In this document: in pieces, positions 47,888 to 57,044 of the stretch | Layout: each line of letters starts with the position of its first letter | Numbering within the stretch: the stretch's first letter is position 1 | NCBI GenBank assembly: GCA_965367815.1 | Contig: CBDUKN010000005.1 | Span: forward strand, 32,001 to 96,000 | Length of the DNA stretch: 64,000 nucleotides | Origin: an uncultured Thermoprotei archaeon | GTDB taxonomy: Archaea > Thermoproteota > Thermoprotei > Thermofilales > B15-G2 | Direction: 5' to 3' | Program-made: the position numbers and the translations under genes | Notes under the pieces: generated by a model | Told to the model about the DNA's origin: nothing | The model's input: the letters and a program-made list of their open reading frames with translations, nothing else | Database searches by the model: none

Positions 47888-48085
47888 GTGAAACTTAAGT
47901 AACTTGTATCAACGGCTTTTCTAACCGCTGTCTTAGTTCACACGGCGCTCTGGAGCCTCGCTTCAAGTTCTATGCCCAGAAAACACTACGCGGCTAGCTA
48001 CATCGCCCATGTTGCTACTCGCTATAGTTTCTTAGGACTAATAACAGTATTAGCATTGCATATAATTAAAAGAAAAAGGCAATAG
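47888..48085 (+). pseudogene. Small two-TM membrane protein with in-frame TAA at codon 5
   Basis: SD-like GAGGTG then GTG; translates MKLK*LVSTAFLTAVLVHTALWSLASS...FLGLITVLALHIIKRKRQ*. Confidence 0.4.
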
Positions 48086-48259
48086 AGTCTTAATAACAGC
48101 TATGCATCTATAGAGTATCTCCTAGGAAGTAGTATTATATTTTTGTTCAGATATCGCTTTCTTAAATGCAGATGAACTAGAAATAGCCATTAAACAGACC
48201 GCGGAATGAACCATCACTCTACCATACTATAATATACCGGCCTCATTTATCTTTCCTAT

Positions 48260-48478
48260 GTGAAACGGATAGTCAAAGTAGGGTCTCGCAAAACTCCCGA
48301 CGGATACTTTATCGCGGTGGCTCCAAGAGAAGCTAAATTGCATCTAGACGGCTTTTCAAATATTGAAGTCGAGGAAGCTGGAGCAGAAGTCATTATAAAG
48401 AGTCGAAGCAGAAGCACCTTAAAGAAAGCTATTCTTAAACTGAAGTCTAAAGGCTTCTATATTGAAGGGTATTTATAA
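48260..48478 (+). CDS. Small basic hypothetical protein
   Basis: 72-aa ORF with typical codon usage, preceded by a TATA-like element. Confidence 0.6.
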   Translation: MKRIVKVGSRKTPDGYFIAVAPREAKLHLDGFSNIEVEEAGAEVIIKSRSRSTLKKAILKLKSKGFYIEGYL

Positions 48479-48506
48479 TTAAAGTATTTAACCTAACTGT
48501 AATATA

Positions 48507-48973
48507 TTATATTTCATTGAGATCCTTTAATAATTCTTGTATTAATTCTGTTTTTATATAAAACCTTTTCTCATTAAAATTTTAATAAATGGTCTGACTT
48601 CAGATACTATTCCTTTAAGTTTCATTATCTTCAGTAAACCTAAAGTACCAATAACATTAATTCCAAGTCTTTTACTACTTTTCTACCCTTTAAATCATCT
48701 ATTATTAATAACATATTATTTTCAATAGCCAATGCTATTGCCTCAGCTTCACCTTCATCTACTACGAGTTTTTAGTGCTGCAACTAATTGACGATTAATA
48801 GGATTCTCAATTTCTAAAAAATTCAGTTGCTTAAAGTAGTTTTCTTCTTTAATGCTGAGTTCTTTCATTAGAGCTGGTGGAATAATTATTTTACTAAAAA
48901 GTATTTCAAGTTTTTCAATAAGTTTAGCATGTTTTAAAGCTATGAGTGGAGAAGTATTCGAAACAGGCTTCAT
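48507..48973 (-). pseudogene. DUF3368 family PIN-domain toxin, frameshifted
   Basis: MKPVSNTSPLIAL... continues across three single-base shifts as VDEGEAEAIALA...IIDDLKGR / LGINVIGTLGLL / GFYIKTELIQELL. Confidence 0.85.
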
Positions 48974-48986
48974 GTAAATACTAGTG

Positions 48987-49236
48987 TTAGAGTTGTCTTG
49001 CAAGTTTTTCAGCATTTTGAGCTCCTCTTTTAGCTCTTCGAGTGTCCAGTTTACAATGCTTATTTTTCTTTTTGAGAGCTCTTTCATAAAATCTTCTACA
49101 CATAAATCCGCTAAAGAAGCTGCTTGTTTAATTGTTAGTCTACCTTCACGAAAGAGTTCTATAGCTAGAAGTACTTTAGCTTCATTTTCATCATATCCTC
49201 AGGGACGGTAATTCTTAATGTTCTAGTTGACTTCAT
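48987..49236 (-). pseudogene. UPF0175 family antitoxin, frameshifted
   Basis: MKSTRTLRITVPED / ENEAKVLLAIELFREGRLTIKQAASLADLCVEDFMKELSKRKI...ELKEEL / NAEKLARQL*, with two single-base shifts. Confidence 0.82.
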
Positions 49237-49360
49237 GGTATTCTCATGAATTATACCAGCTTTGAAGCTAATATTTCTATCCTAAAATTAAGGTGAAAGA
49301 TCTCTACTATGTAGTGTAAGCTCAGTTAAAGATTAATTTAATTTAAGGTATATTTAGAAC

Positions 49361-50137
49361 ATGCGTTATACAGGAGATTTAAGCGTAGATGAAGTTTATA
49401 ATGCTTTAAAAGAGACCGATATTGCTTATATCCCTATAGGCTCTACTGAAGGACACGGCTACCATTTACCTATGAGCACCGATACTTATGTAGCTGAAGC
49501 AGTTTCTCTTTTAGCTTCTGAAAAAACAGGCGGTCTCGTGTATCCTCCAATACACTACTCTTTTGCTGGGGCTACTTCTTCCTTTAAAGGCACAGTAACT
49601 ATACCGTTGAGGCTTCTTTCAGAGCTAGTTAAAGAAGTAGCTAAGTGTCTTTGGAGCCAAGGCTTCAGGAAAATATTTTTCGTAAGTATTCACGGTCCCA
49701 ATGAAATTGCTTTAAAAACTGCTGTAAGAGAGCTTTACGAGTACGACGAAGTCTTGGCAGTATATTTTAACCCGTATTCAGTGATTAGAGAAAAAGTGCT
49801 GAGAGAAGGCTTTGATGAAGCGTGGCTTGAAGCCTCTGTTCTATACGCTGCACTTAAAGTCTTAGGAAAAAGTCATCTTATTAAGAAATACCTTGAGAAG
49901 AAATCCGAGGAAAAGAAAATTCAGATTCCTGGATTAGGCGAAATAGCTAAGAGAGGAGGATATACTGGCTTCAGATACGTAGATTTTACTCAACATTTAC
50001 CTTGGAGACCTAACATCGACCCTGAGAAAGGATTAGAGCTATTAAAAGAAGCTGCAGACACATTAGTCGAGTTATCGATTTCACTAGAAAAATACATCAA
50101 TTATTTAAAAGAAAAAAGCTTCAAGTACTATATTTAG
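49361..50137 (+). CDS. Creatininase family amidohydrolase
   Basis: PIGSTEGHGYHLPMSTD, FKGTV and SIHGPN; the usual HA motif before the conserved E is not evident. Confidence 0.82.
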   Translation: MRYTGDLSVDEVYNALKETDIAYIPIGSTEGHGYHLPMSTDTYVAEAVSLLASEKTGGLVYPPIHYSFAGATSSFKGTVTIPLRLLSELVKEVAKCLWSQGFRKIFFVSIHGPNEIALKTAVRELYEYDEVLAVYFNPYSVIREKVLREGFDEAWLEASVLYAALKVLGKSHLIKKYLEKKSEEKKIQIPGLGEIAKRGGYTGFRYVDFTQHLPWRPNIDPEKGLELLKEAADTLVELSISLEKYINYLKEKSFKYYI

Positions 50138-50150
50138 ATATCATCGCAAG

Positions 50151-51542
50151 CTACACTTTGTCGTATACTGATGGATTCCAGTCACGTATTTCATATTCTT
50201 CTTTTTTCAATATTATCTTGAAAGGCGGTAAATTATGCATTAGCATTACACCTGGACCCACTATGCTACAGGGACCTACTATTCTGCCCGGCATAAGTAA
50301 TGCGCCGACTCCGGTGCGAGAGTAGTCTCCGAAGAAAATGCAGTTTCCTCGATAACCTGCGTTTCTAAATATCCCCTTGACTAGTACTTTAGCGGGCTCA
50401 TCGTCGAACCTAAGAGTACCTGTTATTGTTCCCGCGCCTATCTCACTTCTTTCACCTAGTATACCGCAGATATGTGAGAAGTGTACTATCCAGCTGTAGT
50501 CTAGGACCACACCAAAGACCTCGGCACAGTGTCCTATCCTAACTCGATTACCTATACATCCGCTTACCTCGCAGTACGGACCTATTATACACTCCTCACC
50601 TATGACTGTAGGTCCATAGATATGCGCTCCATTGAGTATTCTCGTATTCTTGCCTAGCCACACTGGGCCTTCAATACGTACATTATCCTCTATAATTACC
50701 CCTTCGCTTATGTAGACTTTACCTTTAATTACAGCTTTTTCACTGACTTCGGCTTTTTCGTGTATATATGTTTCACTTAGCCTATTCTCCATCTCTTTAA
50801 AAACTGCATCATTTGCATCAAAAACCTGCCATGGCACATCTACATCGATCCAGTAATCATCAACTTCAATACACTTAACACACTCTCCTTCTCTTGCAGC
50901 AACATTTAGGCTATCAGCCAGATCGTATTCTTGTGGAGGAGCTACACCATTCTCTACTTCCAGAAAAATTTCTGATGCTCTATCTGCATAGCAATATATA
51001 TCGGGGGAAAACACATAGACTCCGGTTAAGGCCTTTTTACTAGGAAAGTGTCCTATTCTAGCTTTCCATGCTGTTCTTTTTAGGATACCTTTATCGACAG
51101 CCACCGTAGTGTACTTCCACGGCTCATCTACTTCTTTAATCCAGGCGACTCCAAGTTCCTTACCTGTAAATGCCTTTAAAATGCTTGGAATAACTTTTTC
51201 GCCGAAAACAAGGTCTCCGTAAACAAGCACGAAGGGCTCATCTCTAGTAAAGTTTTCTGCTTTAAGAAGAGCGTCTGCCGTGCCGAGAAGTTCTTTTTGT
51301 TCAACATACGTTATGTTACAGTTGTGTCTTTTACCTGGGCCGAAGTAGTTCTTAATTCTGCCTTTTCTATAGCCTACAACAATGCATATCTCTTTTATTC
51401 CTGTCGAAACAAGTTTGTCCAATATATGTTCTAATATAGGCTTATTGCATACTGGAAACATGGGCTTAGGTCGAAAATAGCTAAATGGGTAGAATTTTTC
51501 TCCTTTTCCTGCAGCTAAGATAACCGCTTTACTCACTTCCAT
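50151..51542 (-). CDS. GlmU-like sugar-1-phosphate nucleotidyltransferase with left-handed beta-helix
   Basis: AVILAAGKG, PKPM, LGTADA, VYGD, WIDVD, hexapeptide repeats and LRFD. Confidence 0.88.
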   Translation of the reverse strand: MEVSKAVILAAGKGEKFYPFSYFRPKPMFPVCNKPILEHILDKLVSTGIKEICIVVGYRKGRIKNYFGPGKRHNCNITYVEQKELLGTADALLKAENFTRDEPFVLVYGDLVFGEKVIPSILKAFTGKELGVAWIKEVDEPWKYTTVAVDKGILKRTAWKARIGHFPSKKALTGVYVFSPDIYCYADRASEIFLEVENGVAPPQEYDLADSLNVAAREGECVKCIEVDDYWIDVDVPWQVFDANDAVFKEMENRLSETYIHEKAEVSEKAVIKGKVYISEGVIIEDNVRIEGPVWLGKNTRILNGAHIYGPTVIGEECIIGPYCEVSGCIGNRVRIGHCAEVFGVVLDYSWIVHFSHICGILGERSEIGAGTITGTLRFDDEPAKVLVKGIFRNAGYRGNCIFFGDYSRTGVGALLMPGRIVGPCSIVGPGVMLMHNLPPFKIILKKEEYEIRDWNPSVYDKV

Positions 51543-51641
51543 GAGTTAAAGTACTCTCGCGAATAATTAATAACTAATTCTCAAGAGATTCGGCTTGTTT
51601 AGAGAAGTACAGAAGGTTATTTAATATTTTAAAGAATAGTA

Positions 51642-52601
51642 GTGTTGATGGAAGTGGAAGTCTATGGTTTAGGTGAAGTGCTAGTAGATATTATTCCTGA
51701 GGAGCCGGGTAAATATCGTGAGGGAACTAGGCTTACTGTACATTTCGGCGGAGCGCCAGCAAATACTATTATAGGAGTATCTAGGCTTGGACATAAGGCG
51801 GGTTTAATAGCTGCTGTAGGCGAGGATCTTTTCGGAGAATTTATCTTGAGTACTCTTGAGAAAGAAGGTGTTTATATTAAGTGGGTTAAAGTCAAGAAAG
51901 CTAGAACAAGTTTAGCGTTTGTAGTGCTTGAGGAGAGTGGTGAGCGATCGTTTTTCTTCTATAGAAAACCTTGGGTCGAAACAGCTGACACGATGCTTGA
52001 GCCATCTGACGTTGATTTGAATGAAATACTAAAAGCTAAAGTAATACATGTATCAGGTGTTTCTACAGCGTATTCTCCTTTAAGCGATACCGTCTTCGAA
52101 ATAATGAAGGCTGCTTACGAAAACGGCCTCGAAGTATCATTTGACCCTAACTACAGACCCGATATCTGGGGCTCTGGTGAAAAGGCTTTGAAAACTTTTG
52201 ATAAGTACTTGAAGTATACTACTTTACTTACAATGGGTTTGGATGAACTTACAAGCCTCTTCAATACATCAGACTACAAAAAAGTATCAGAAAAAGTCCT
52301 AGAAAAATATCCTTCCTTAAAGTGGGTTGCTATAAGGCTTGGAGCGAAAGGAGCCTATGTTAAGACGAAGGAAGCTGAAGCATATCAGCCTGCCTTCAAG
52401 GTGAAAGTAGTGGATACTACTGGGGCGGGAGATGCTTGGACAGCAGGCTTTATTGTATTCCACATACTTGAAGGAAAAGACTTAGAGACCTCTATCAAGT
52501 ACGCTAATGCAGTAGGAGGACTTACTTGCACAAAATACGGTGCTACAACAGCACTGCCTACTAGAAAAGAACTGGAAGATTTCCTAAAATCTGTAAAGTA
52601 G
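51642..52601 (+). CDS. PfkB family carbohydrate kinase (fructokinase/KDG kinase-like)
   Basis: GGAPAN, FDPNYR and VVDTTGAGDAW. Confidence 0.93.
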   Translation: MLMEVEVYGLGEVLVDIIPEEPGKYREGTRLTVHFGGAPANTIIGVSRLGHKAGLIAAVGEDLFGEFILSTLEKEGVYIKWVKVKKARTSLAFVVLEESGERSFFFYRKPWVETADTMLEPSDVDLNEILKAKVIHVSGVSTAYSPLSDTVFEIMKAAYENGLEVSFDPNYRPDIWGSGEKALKTFDKYLKYTTLLTMGLDELTSLFNTSDYKKVSEKVLEKYPSLKWVAIRLGAKGAYVKTKEAEAYQPAFKVKVVDTTGAGDAWTAGFIVFHILEGKDLETSIKYANAVGGLTCTKYGATTALPTRKELEDFLKSVK

Positions 52602-52630
52602 TTATTTAAGCGCATAATAGCTTAAAATAA

Positions 52631-53701
52631 ATGGTTTCAATGATAGTTTCATGGGTTCATACACCTAAAGTACTAACTGAAGTAGGCGTAGATAGAGCAG
52701 TACGTGAATTAGTTGAATTAAAAGTAGAGAGAGCTCTACCGATTATAGTAGAAGGGTCTGGTGCGCTCTACGATACAAAGGTTTACGAGAAAAGCGAGCG
52801 AAGCTTAGGCGACGCTAAGATAGCTGAGTTCTTTATGAAACTACACGAAGCGGGTATAGAAGTACATCCATGGATAGTTTCACTCAATAGACCTCATGGA
52901 AAGTTTTCCCAAGAACACAGAGACTGGTATGTTGTAAATAAGAAGGGCGAAAGCTGCATAGATAAGCCTCCTTACATAGAGCACTATAAGTGGCTTTGTC
53001 CTACAAGAGAAGAAACAAGAAAATTCTTGGCGGATAACGCGCTTGAAATATTGGAGAAATTCGATGTAGATGGAATACACTTGGACTACATTAGGCTACC
53101 CGACATAAGGCTACCTATTCACTTCAGAAAACGCTATGGATTGCCTGAAGAAGACAAACTTTTCCCTGAATACGATTTCTGCTACTGTGAAGTCTGTAGA
53201 AGCAAGTACAGAGAGGAAACAGGTCTAGATCCCATAGAGATAGATTATTTAAATAAAAGAGATTACGAGAAATGGTTTAAGTGGAGAGCTAAACAAGTAT
53301 CTAAAGTTGTTGAAATAGCATATAATGCTATCAAAAAATACGACCCTAAACTGAAGCTATCAGCAGCAGTATTTCCTACACCGCTTATAGCATACAGATA
53401 TGTCTTCCAGCAGTGGGCTTCATGGAAAATAGACTTCTTGTGTCCAATGATATATCATAAGTACTACGAAAAGCCTGTAGAGTGGATAGGCAAAGCTACA
53501 CTTGAATGCGTAGCCACAGGCAAAGAAATATACTCAGGAATACATGCTTATATGCTAGAAGAGAAAAAAGAAGTTGAAAAAGCAATACAGTATGCTCTAG
53601 AAAACGGGGCAGACGGAGTATGCTTTTTCCTATACCCCTTCCCTCATAAAAACCAGCTAGAATACTTTAAGGAAGCAGTCAAGAAATATTATTGTCAGTA
53701 A
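52631..53701 (+). CDS. GHL10/DUF187 glycoside-hydrolase-like protein
   Basis: GIEVHPW, WLCP, DVDGIHLDYIR, LSAAVF, QQW and PMIY. Confidence 0.82.
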   Translation: MVSMIVSWVHTPKVLTEVGVDRAVRELVELKVERALPIIVEGSGALYDTKVYEKSERSLGDAKIAEFFMKLHEAGIEVHPWIVSLNRPHGKFSQEHRDWYVVNKKGESCIDKPPYIEHYKWLCPTREETRKFLADNALEILEKFDVDGIHLDYIRLPDIRLPIHFRKRYGLPEEDKLFPEYDFCYCEVCRSKYREETGLDPIEIDYLNKRDYEKWFKWRAKQVSKVVEIAYNAIKKYDPKLKLSAAVFPTPLIAYRYVFQQWASWKIDFLCPMIYHKYYEKPVEWIGKATLECVATGKEIYSGIHAYMLEEKKEVEKAIQYALENGADGVCFFLYPFPHKNQLEYFKEAVKKYYCQ

Positions 53702-53802
53702 ATTATTTTCTTAAACCCAAAGTATAGAAATTTGTTTTCTTTAATTGACTGTCTTACTACACTGCTTATAGCCTAATTTTTGAAAGATTCAGAATTGCTT
53801 AC

Positions 53803-53838
53803 TTTTTACCTAAATTCACCTTAATTATTAGGTAAAAA
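53803..53838. promoter_or_regulatory. Inverted repeat, candidate ArsR operator
   Basis: TTTTTACCTAA-N14-TTAGGTAAAAA; further TACCTA/TAGGTG half-sites at ~53876-53916. Confidence 0.6.
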
Positions 53839-53899
53839 TATAGAAAAATTTATATAAGCTATAAAATTTAATATATACCTAGAGAAAAAAATAATATAG

Positions 53900-54238
53900 G
53901 TGAAGCATATAGGTGATACATGTGTGCATGAACCTAAGGATCTTCGTGAGTTGGCGAAAATACTCTCTATTTTATCAAATCCTATTCGCCTGAGGATGAT
54001 AGCTATGTTATCTGAAAAGCCTATGTATATTTCGGAAATAGCGCGTCAATTGAATATTCCTTATCCGATAGCTCATCTCCATTTATCGGCTTTGGAGAGA
54101 GCAGGTTTCATTAAGGGAGAATACATAATGTACACAGGAAAACGAGCATACGTTAAAAAATACTACAGGGTTATTCCTTTTAAAATAACTATTACTCCTG
54201 ATAAAATAAGAAAATTAGCTAGAGGTGAGGAATTATGA
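53900..54238 (+). CDS. ArsR family winged-helix regulator (start possibly GTG 53924)
   Basis: ILSNPIRLRMI...MYISEIARQL...HLSALERAGFI...KYY. Confidence 0.88.
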   Translation: MKHIGDTCVHEPKDLRELAKILSILSNPIRLRMIAMLSEKPMYISEIARQLNIPYPIAHLHLSALERAGFIKGEYIMYTGKRAYVKKYYRVIPFKITITPDKIRKLARGEEL

Positions 54239-54612
54239 CTCTCGATGAGGCTACTGCATTAATGGGTGCAGCGATATTTATTGCTGTTTTTGCAGTGCCT
54301 ATAGCCATGTTTTACTATGTAGGTGAATTTGGATTAGATGTCTGGGTTGCGATAGGAGTTTCTGCGCTAGCTATAATTGTAGGAGGAGTTCTAGCTATGG
54401 TGACGATGGTGGTCGCTTATCAATCATTGAGTGAAAGAGGCGGCACTGTAAATAGAATAATGAAGAGAATATGGGAAGAATATGGAGAAAAGGGGCTGGC
54501 TTATAGTGCGCGGCAGAGAGCTATGCTCGAAGAATTAGATGAAATAGTTGAGCTACTTAGAGAGATTCGTGATTTACTTAAAGGTGAATATGATGAGACG
54601 AGAAAGTACTAA
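54235..54612 (+). CDS. Two-TM membrane protein with C-terminal coiled coil
   Basis: Two hydrophobic helices; ends in EELDEIVELLREIRDLLK. Confidence 0.75.
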   Translation: MTLDEATALMGAAIFIAVFAVPIAMFYYVGEFGLDVWVAIGVSALAIIVGGVLAMVTMVVAYQSLSERGGTVNRIMKRIWEEYGEKGLAYSARQRAMLEELDEIVELLREIRDLLKGEYDETRKY

Positions 54613-54745
54613 AGAGAAGAAGCTTAAGTACGCTGATTTAAGTGATAGTGAAGTAGAGGAGCTTATAATGAAGCGTCTTAGAGAAATGAAGGAGCTTTTG
54701 AAGGAAATAAGAGATATTCTGAAGGAGGCTGGTGGATATGAGTAA
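54590..54745 (+). CDS. 51-aa coiled-coil protein resembling the upstream protein's C-terminus
   Basis: SD AAGGTGA before ATG 54590; REMKELLKEIRDILK. Confidence 0.65.
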   Translation: MMRRESTKEKKLKYADLSDSEVEELIMKRLREMKELLKEIRDILKEAGGYE

Positions 54746-55529
54746 TTTATTTGACGAGTACTATGCTTATCTTAGCGAGAAAAAGTCTAAGTTTAGGGGT
54801 CCTGTAAAAGTTACTTCAAATACTTTATCAGTAGCGGGGTCTCTTGTACTAAGAGAGGACACTAATATTCCTGCAATTAAAGTTGCTGGGAGCTTAAAGC
54901 ATTTGGGGAGTATTAAGGCTGAAACCGTTAAGATTGCTGGTAGTCTTGAGGTGAAGAACGATCTTGAAGCTGAGAATGTAAGTGTTACCGGAAGTCTTTT
55001 TGTGGGAAATAATCTCACAGTAAATAATTTATTCAAAATTGCGGGTTCAGCTAACATAAAGGGAAATGTTAAAGGAGGCAGAGTAAAGATTGCGGGTAAA
55101 CTCAAAGCTACTGACGTTGAATGCGATTACTTCAGGTCTAGCGGGAAAGTAATACTAAGGAAACTTAAAGCAGACGAAGTGTTTATTGAGCTTCACTCAA
55201 GTACATGTCACATAAATGTAATTGAAGGAAATGATATTGAAGTAAGGCTTCAGGAAGAATATGAGGAAGATACAGTTACTAGAATAATTTCTAGAGCACT
55301 CAGTATTTTATTTGAATGTTTTAGTCTAGAAACTCTAGAGAAAGAAGGAAAACTATATTCAAGTAAAATAAAAGGCAAAAACATTTACTTAGAAAATACT
55401 GTATGTGAGCTAGTTGAAGGGGATTTTGTTGAAATAGGCCCTGGCTGTGAAATCGATAAAGTTGTCTATAAGTATGAGTTAATTGGTCATCCAGAGTCGC
55501 GTGTAAAAGAATCTGTTAAAATAAGCTAA
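54732..55529 (+). CDS. Bactofilin-like (polymer-forming cytoskeletal, YhbE/YhbF-like) beta-helix protein
   Basis: ~17-aa repeats (VAGSL, VAGSL, IAGSL, VTGSL, IAGSA, IAGKL); C-terminal IKGKNIYLENT...VEGDFVEIGPGCEIDKVVY. Confidence 0.8.
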   Translation: MDMSNLFDEYYAYLSEKKSKFRGPVKVTSNTLSVAGSLVLREDTNIPAIKVAGSLKHLGSIKAETVKIAGSLEVKNDLEAENVSVTGSLFVGNNLTVNNLFKIAGSANIKGNVKGGRVKIAGKLKATDVECDYFRSSGKVILRKLKADEVFIELHSSTCHINVIEGNDIEVRLQEEYEEDTVTRIISRALSILFECFSLETLEKEGKLYSSKIKGKNIYLENTVCELVEGDFVEIGPGCEIDKVVYKYELIGHPESRVKESVKIS

Positions 55530-56131
55530 GGATATATTTTGGCTCCCATAACGCGTGGGTTGTTATCGTATATTTCTTTTATATGAAATATATAGACTGG
55601 TGTTTTGCTCCAGTCTCGTTGCTTTTTCCCACCATGATATAAATCGTGTACTGCATTGACGTACTTCCAGTATACGTCGTTTTCATGTATAGTTACAGTG
55701 CATCTTACTTCATACGTTATATTAGGAGGTATATAGAATAAGAGAGTTGCAGTAGGGTTTTTACGAACATTAGTCCATGTATGGCGTTTAGCTAATTCAA
55801 TAGATGTTAATTTACTGAAATCTACTTTATTTTCATCATAAACGAGCTCTAAGAGTATTTTAAGAGCTTCTTTTGAGTCAATACCTTTCTCCAAGCATTC
55901 GAGTAATTTATTCGTAGTCTCTTCTAAGTACTCCTCCTTTAATATAAATCCAACACCCTTTATTGATGCATTGAGGCCTGCTGGACCATAGCTTACTACT
56001 GCTGGTGTATGCCTAAGAAAACCTATGAGAAAGTCTTCTCTAGTGCTTTTGCCTTTGAGGACACGCTGTATGAGTTCTTTTCTCTCAGTGAAGATATGTT
56101 TAATAAATTGAGCGGGAATACTGCTCATCAA
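55526..56131 (-). CDS. Pyridoxamine-5'-phosphate-oxidase-like split-barrel protein
   Basis: NASIKG, HTWTNVRKNPTATLLFY, YEVRC and YIFHIKEIYD. Confidence 0.6.
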   Translation of the reverse strand: MMSSIPAQFIKHIFTERKELIQRVLKGKSTREDFLIGFLRHTPAVVSYGPAGLNASIKGVGFILKEEYLEETTNKLLECLEKGIDSKEALKILLELVYDENKVDFSKLTSIELAKRHTWTNVRKNPTATLLFYIPPNITYEVRCTVTIHENDVYWKYVNAVHDLYHGGKKQRDWSKTPVYIFHIKEIYDNNPRVMGAKIYP

Positions 56132-56152
56132 AGAATATTGTAATTATGTTAC

Positions 56153-56854
56153 TTAAATATATTTGAGAGCTTTTACAGGAATCTTGTATAGTTGGGTTAA
56201 TTTATTTACTGTTGAACGCATAGCTACAAGAGCAAAAGCTCCTATAGGGTTTGCCTTAGCTATTTTACATGCATCAAGTAAAGCCGAAATTGTAGCCCCT
56301 GAGCGAATAATGTCGTCTACAACTAGTATTTTTTCATCTGGTTTAAGTATGTTCTTAGGTAAGTATAGGTACGAGTATAGTCCACTTGGAAAAACTCTTT
56401 TTATCTCAATAAAGTCTCTCACACCTATTTCTTTTCTATGTTTAGCTATAGCTATGTCGACTCCTATTTTCTCTGCTATAAGGACGGCTAGAGGTATGCC
56501 GTCTGTTTCTACAGTTAAAACTTTTTCTACTTCACTAAACTCTTCTACAACTACGCTTGCAACTAAACTTAAAAGCTGTGTATCACTAATGATTTTAGAT
56601 ACATCTACTACGCCATTAGTTAGTTTTAATTTTCTATCGAGTAATTTAGGCAGTAATGTTTCGTGAAATTTATTTATTATTTCTCTGGCTCTTTCTGTGC
56701 TTGGAAGTATTCTCCCATTGATATATTGGCTTAAAAGTGAGGGTGATAGATTAAATACTGGTGAAAGTTCATCATATGAGAATTCTTTCTTAAGTACCCT
56801 TAGTACTTCTACTGATATTAGCTTTAGTCTAAGAGAGTCTAGTTTTCCCGACAT
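56153..56854 (-). CDS. HTH plus type I phosphoribosyltransferase (archaeal PurR-like / purine PRT)
   Basis: N-terminal HTH (LSQYINGRILP); ETDGIP; PRPP motif LVVDDIIRSGAT. Confidence 0.88.
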   Translation of the reverse strand: MSGKLDSLRLKLISVEVLRVLKKEFSYDELSPVFNLSPSLLSQYINGRILPSTERAREIINKFHETLLPKLLDRKLKLTNGVVDVSKIISDTQLLSLVASVVVEEFSEVEKVLTVETDGIPLAVLIAEKIGVDIAIAKHRKEIGVRDFIEIKRVFPSGLYSYLYLPKNILKPDEKILVVDDIIRSGATISALLDACKIAKANPIGAFALVAMRSTVNKLTQLYKIPVKALKYI

Positions 56855-57044
56855 TCAAGTATATAATTGAGTGATAAGAGTTTAAAAATTTGTTTAACTT
56901 ATTTTAGTACTAAGAGTTCTGTTAAACTTATCCTGCTCTCTTAAACAAGTTAGTACATTATATAGTAGTGGTAAATGATAAAGATTTGCAGAAAAATCTC
57001 GGGGAACAAGGTAAATAATTTTATTAAAAAATAACACAGAATAT

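Noticed and set aside
48147-48217. Possible sixth C/D sRNA on the minus strand (GTGATGG...CTGT...CTGA)
   Set aside because: Imperfect C box, no convincing D'/C' boxes and a 71-nt span; too weak without expression data
48755-49087. 110-aa ORF as a genuine antitoxin-toxin fusion protein
   Set aside because: Produced by frameshifts in two adjacent pseudogenes; it lacks the antitoxin N-terminus and the PIN C-terminal half
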